19,337 nucleotides of DNA from Fibrobacteria bacterium. GTDB taxonomy: Bacteria > Fibrobacterota > Fibrobacteria > UBA11236. Made by a program: the position numbers and the translations under genes. The notes under the pieces were generated by a model. It had not been told where the DNA came from and made no database searches. It worked only from the letters and a program-made list of their open reading frames with translations. The stretch covers positions 1 through 19,337 of the forward strand of contig JAYTHY010000135.1 of the NCBI GenBank assembly GCA_043732185.1, given 5' to 3'. Below, in pieces: positions 17,265-19,337 of this stretch (position 1 is its first letter; each line of letters begins with the position of its first letter).

Positions 17265-18474
17265 CGTTGCGGTCGTTGCGGTCCTTGAGGGCGGTCTCAA
17301 GAAGCCTTCGCTTTTTTTCGATCTCTAGACGGAGTTGTTCTTCCGTTGGCAGGCAAAGCATGTATTTGGAGGCGAAGATTTGTTTGCGATCCTTCAGCAC
17401 CGAGTAACGGGCTACGGTCTCGTTCTTCTCCGTGCAGAGAATAAGCCCGATGGTCGGGTTGTCATCCGGAGCCGCGAAAATCCCATCATGCATCCGAACA
17501 TAACCGTCCATTTGACCGACATCACCATGGGTCAATTCGCCAACCTTCAGGTCAATCAGGAGATAGAATTTCAGGCGGCAGTGATAGAAGACCAAGTCGA
17601 TGTAGCGGTCCTGCTCCTCGATGCGAATATGCTTTTGCCGTGCAACGAAGGCAAATCCATTGCCCAGTTCCAGTAGAAATCGTTGCAGGTGGGTGATAAT
17701 GGCCCGCTCTAGATCCGATTCGTGAAAGGCCGCTTGATCCGGTAGTCCCAGAAATTCCAGAACATAAGGATGCTTCAACGCATCAACAGCTGAAACAGCC
17801 GCTATCGGCAGTTTGCGCCCATCGGCTAGCATTTTCTCTGGATGGCGGCTTTTGAGAATTCGTTCGTAATAAAAAGACTGTATCTGCCGTTCCAGAGTGC
17901 GTTTGTCCCACGCGCCTGCGACAGCCTCGCGCTCATAGAAATCGCGGGCCTCGATTGTGTCCACTCGCATCAGCGCGCGGTAATGCGACCAGGAGAGGTG
18001 GGGGGAGAATGCCTTCGGCAATCGGTCGCCAGCTTGGGAAATATTCTTTGTCAGAGCCAATTTTGTGCCCACCGGGCGCAGTTTTGATGACGCCTCGGTT
18101 GATTCTCTTCCCGTTGGGTGGAGAATTGGCAGTTCCAAAGATTCTCCACCCGTTGGGTGGGGAATCTTGGACCGGTCTTGAAAGGTTAAGTAGAACTGCT
18201 TGAAATACCACAGATTTGTGGTGGAAAATCCCTGCCCGTACCGCTCGGTCAGCTTTGCGGAAAGAGTTTCCACGAGTCGTTTGCCATACTCGGCTCTCTC
18301 CTCGCCACCCTGCAATTCCTGGATGATCTCGCGTCCTATCAACCAGTAGGCCTGCACCATGTTGCCGTTTACAGCCCTGACAACATTGCTCCGCGCCTGC
18401 TCGAGAATGGAAACAACGCGCCCAAAGAGCGCATCTGGTTTTTTCGCGGAATTTTTCCGATTTGGTTTTGTCAT
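17257..18474 (-). CDS. yhcG: YhcG/DUF1016 PD-(D/E)XK nuclease-domain protein with an expanded variable insert
   Basis: VRAVN..MVQAYWLIGREI, YGQGFSTTNLWYFKQFY, LSWSHYRALM, PYVLEFLGL, FLLELGNGFAFVARQ, IDLVFYH..IDLK, GQMDGYV, IGLILC. Confidence 0.93.
   Translation of the reverse strand: MTKPNRKNSAKKPDALFGRVVSILEQARSNVVRAVNGNMVQAYWLIGREIIQELQGGEERAEYGKRLVETLSAKLTERYGQGFSTTNLWYFKQFYLTFQDRSKIPHPTGGESLELPILHPTGRESTEASSKLRPVGTKLALTKNISQAGDRLPKAFSPHLSWSHYRALMRVDTIEARDFYEREAVAGAWDKRTLERQIQSFYYERILKSRHPEKMLADGRKLPIAAVSAVDALKHPYVLEFLGLPDQAAFHESDLERAIITHLQRFLLELGNGFAFVARQKHIRIEEQDRYIDLVFYHCRLKFYLLIDLKVGELTHGDVGQMDGYVRMHDGIFAAPDDNPTIGLILCTEKNETVARYSVLKDRKQIFASKYMLCLPTEEQLRLEIEKKRRLLETALKDRNDRNDA
18020..18165. 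repeat. In-frame array of palindromic units inside yhcG (centres 18153, 18114, 18072 and degenerate 18033)
   Basis: 18101-18126 and 18140-18165 match at 23/26 nt; ATTCTCCACCC-GTT-GGGTGGGGAAT and TGTGCCC-ACC-GGGCGCA are hairpins with 3-nt loops; spacing 39/42/39 nt. Confidence 0.85.
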
Positions 18475-18481
18475 AGAGCTC

Positions 18482-18507
18482 CATTCTCAGGTAAATCTAC
18501 CTGAATG
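18482..18507. promoter_or_regulatory. Inverted repeat immediately upstream of yhcG
   Basis: TCAGGTA-AATC-TACCTGA (18487-18504), extended by CAT/ATG past a 2-nt bulge. Confidence 0.4.
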
Positions 18508-18515
18508 ATACGTTC

Positions 18516-19145
18516 CTACTCGCGCACATAGCGCAAGTGTGTCGCAGTTGGACTTTCCACCACCTTGTCAATCCGGAATTGCGATACGGACTCCTGTAAA
18601 TTCTCGAAGAGGCGCCTTCCACTCCGAAACAGGACTGGCGCTAGGGCAATTTCGAGCTCGTCGATGGCTCCAATGTTCAAGTACTGTTGGATCACATCCG
18701 CGCCGCCTGCGATCCGAATATCGCGACCGTTCGCAGACTCTCGCGCCTGCCTGAGGGCACTTTCCGCACCGTCGTTGACGAAGTAAAAGGTGGTACCGCC
18801 CGGGCGGACCCAAGGTTCGCGCTTCACGTTGGTCAAGACGTACACGGGTGTGTGGAACGGGGCCTCCTCCGGCCAAGCGCGCTCGCCCTGATCGAACATG
18901 CGCTTGCCCATGATGTTGGCGCCAATGCGTTCCGTGGTTTTCCGGAGCATGTCATTTACCGTGCCAGTCTCTCCCCCGGGGCCCATCTTGAGGTTATCGC
19001 GGAAGTACTGTTGTTTGATTATCCAGGCCATCAGCTTACCCCACTTTGCGCCCCAGTTCTTGTACATGGGATTCTCCATGGTCATTCCTTCCGGGGCCAT
19101 GTAACCGTCTAGGCTTAGACCGATGTTAACGAATACCTTGCTCAT
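18516..19145 (-). CDS. Dihydrofolate reductase-like / RibD C-terminal domain protein
   Basis: GLSLDGYMA, IMGKRMF, PFHTPVYVLT, IRIAGGADVIQQYL..GAIDELEIALAPVLF; GAGG RBS. Confidence 0.92.
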   Translation of the reverse strand: MSKVFVNIGLSLDGYMAPEGMTMENPMYKNWGAKWGKLMAWIIKQQYFRDNLKMGPGGETGTVNDMLRKTTERIGANIMGKRMFDQGERAWPEEAPFHTPVYVLTNVKREPWVRPGGTTFYFVNDGAESALRQARESANGRDIRIAGGADVIQQYLNIGAIDELEIALAPVLFRSGRRLFENLQESVSQFRIDKVVESPTATHLRYVRE

Positions 19146-19337
19146 TATTTACCTCTCTGTGATCTGGATGCCGACTCAACCTGTTAGGGACTACGCACAT
19201 GAATTTTAAGCAATCCAAGTCGCTATCGGGGTAAAATATAGGCTCTTCGGGCGATCGAGTGGGTGAAATAGCGACCGAAATCTTCTGTAGGCCAATGTAG
19301 GCAAGGGATTTGTTGATTTTATGGATTCTAAAAATTT

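Noticed and set aside
18020..18165. CRISPR array interpretation of the palindromic repeats
   Set aside because: Only two near-identical units, linkers of about 13-16 nt, in frame inside an intact CDS, and no cas genes in the window.
17933..18484. 183-aa alternative-frame ORF overlapping yhcG
   Set aside because: No motif support; the yhcG frame carries all family signatures and has the RBS.
18516..19145. Trimethoprim-resistance dfr gene
   Set aside because: Length and motifs (SLDGYMA, GGADV, DEL...PVLF) fit the RibD-C/DHFR-like family rather than DfrA or DfrB.

Overview
Bacterial chromosomal window with about 24 CDS or gene remnants and no rRNA, tRNA, CRISPR array or transposase that I can see. 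The basic C-terminal tail on a secreted dehydrogenase weakly suggests a Fibrobacterota-like host (inference). From left to right: (1) a membrane histidine kinase plus a short paralog of its sensor N-terminus, divergent from a NarL-type regulator that heads a coupled run of ABM monooxygenase, Fe-ADH, rluE and a porin; (2) a minus-strand operon of porin, FMN-binding (SGAT) protein, HxH membrane protein and serpin, with a palindrome over its predicted -35; (3) an NAD(P)-binding protein, an arsenosugar-cluster-type AhpD/CMD protein and a conserved exported protein; (4) cheX-cheX-cheY converging on a PilZ gene; (5) a secreted PQQ sugar dehydrogenase; (6) a decaying accessory patch of RibD-C/DHFR-like gene, yhcG/DUF1016 nuclease, truncated restriction-enzyme start, PhnB-like VOC and a frameshifted VOC. 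The most striking signal is an in-frame array of 3-4 regularly spaced DNA palindromes in the variable region of yhcG. Family assignments come from motif recognition, not database searches.
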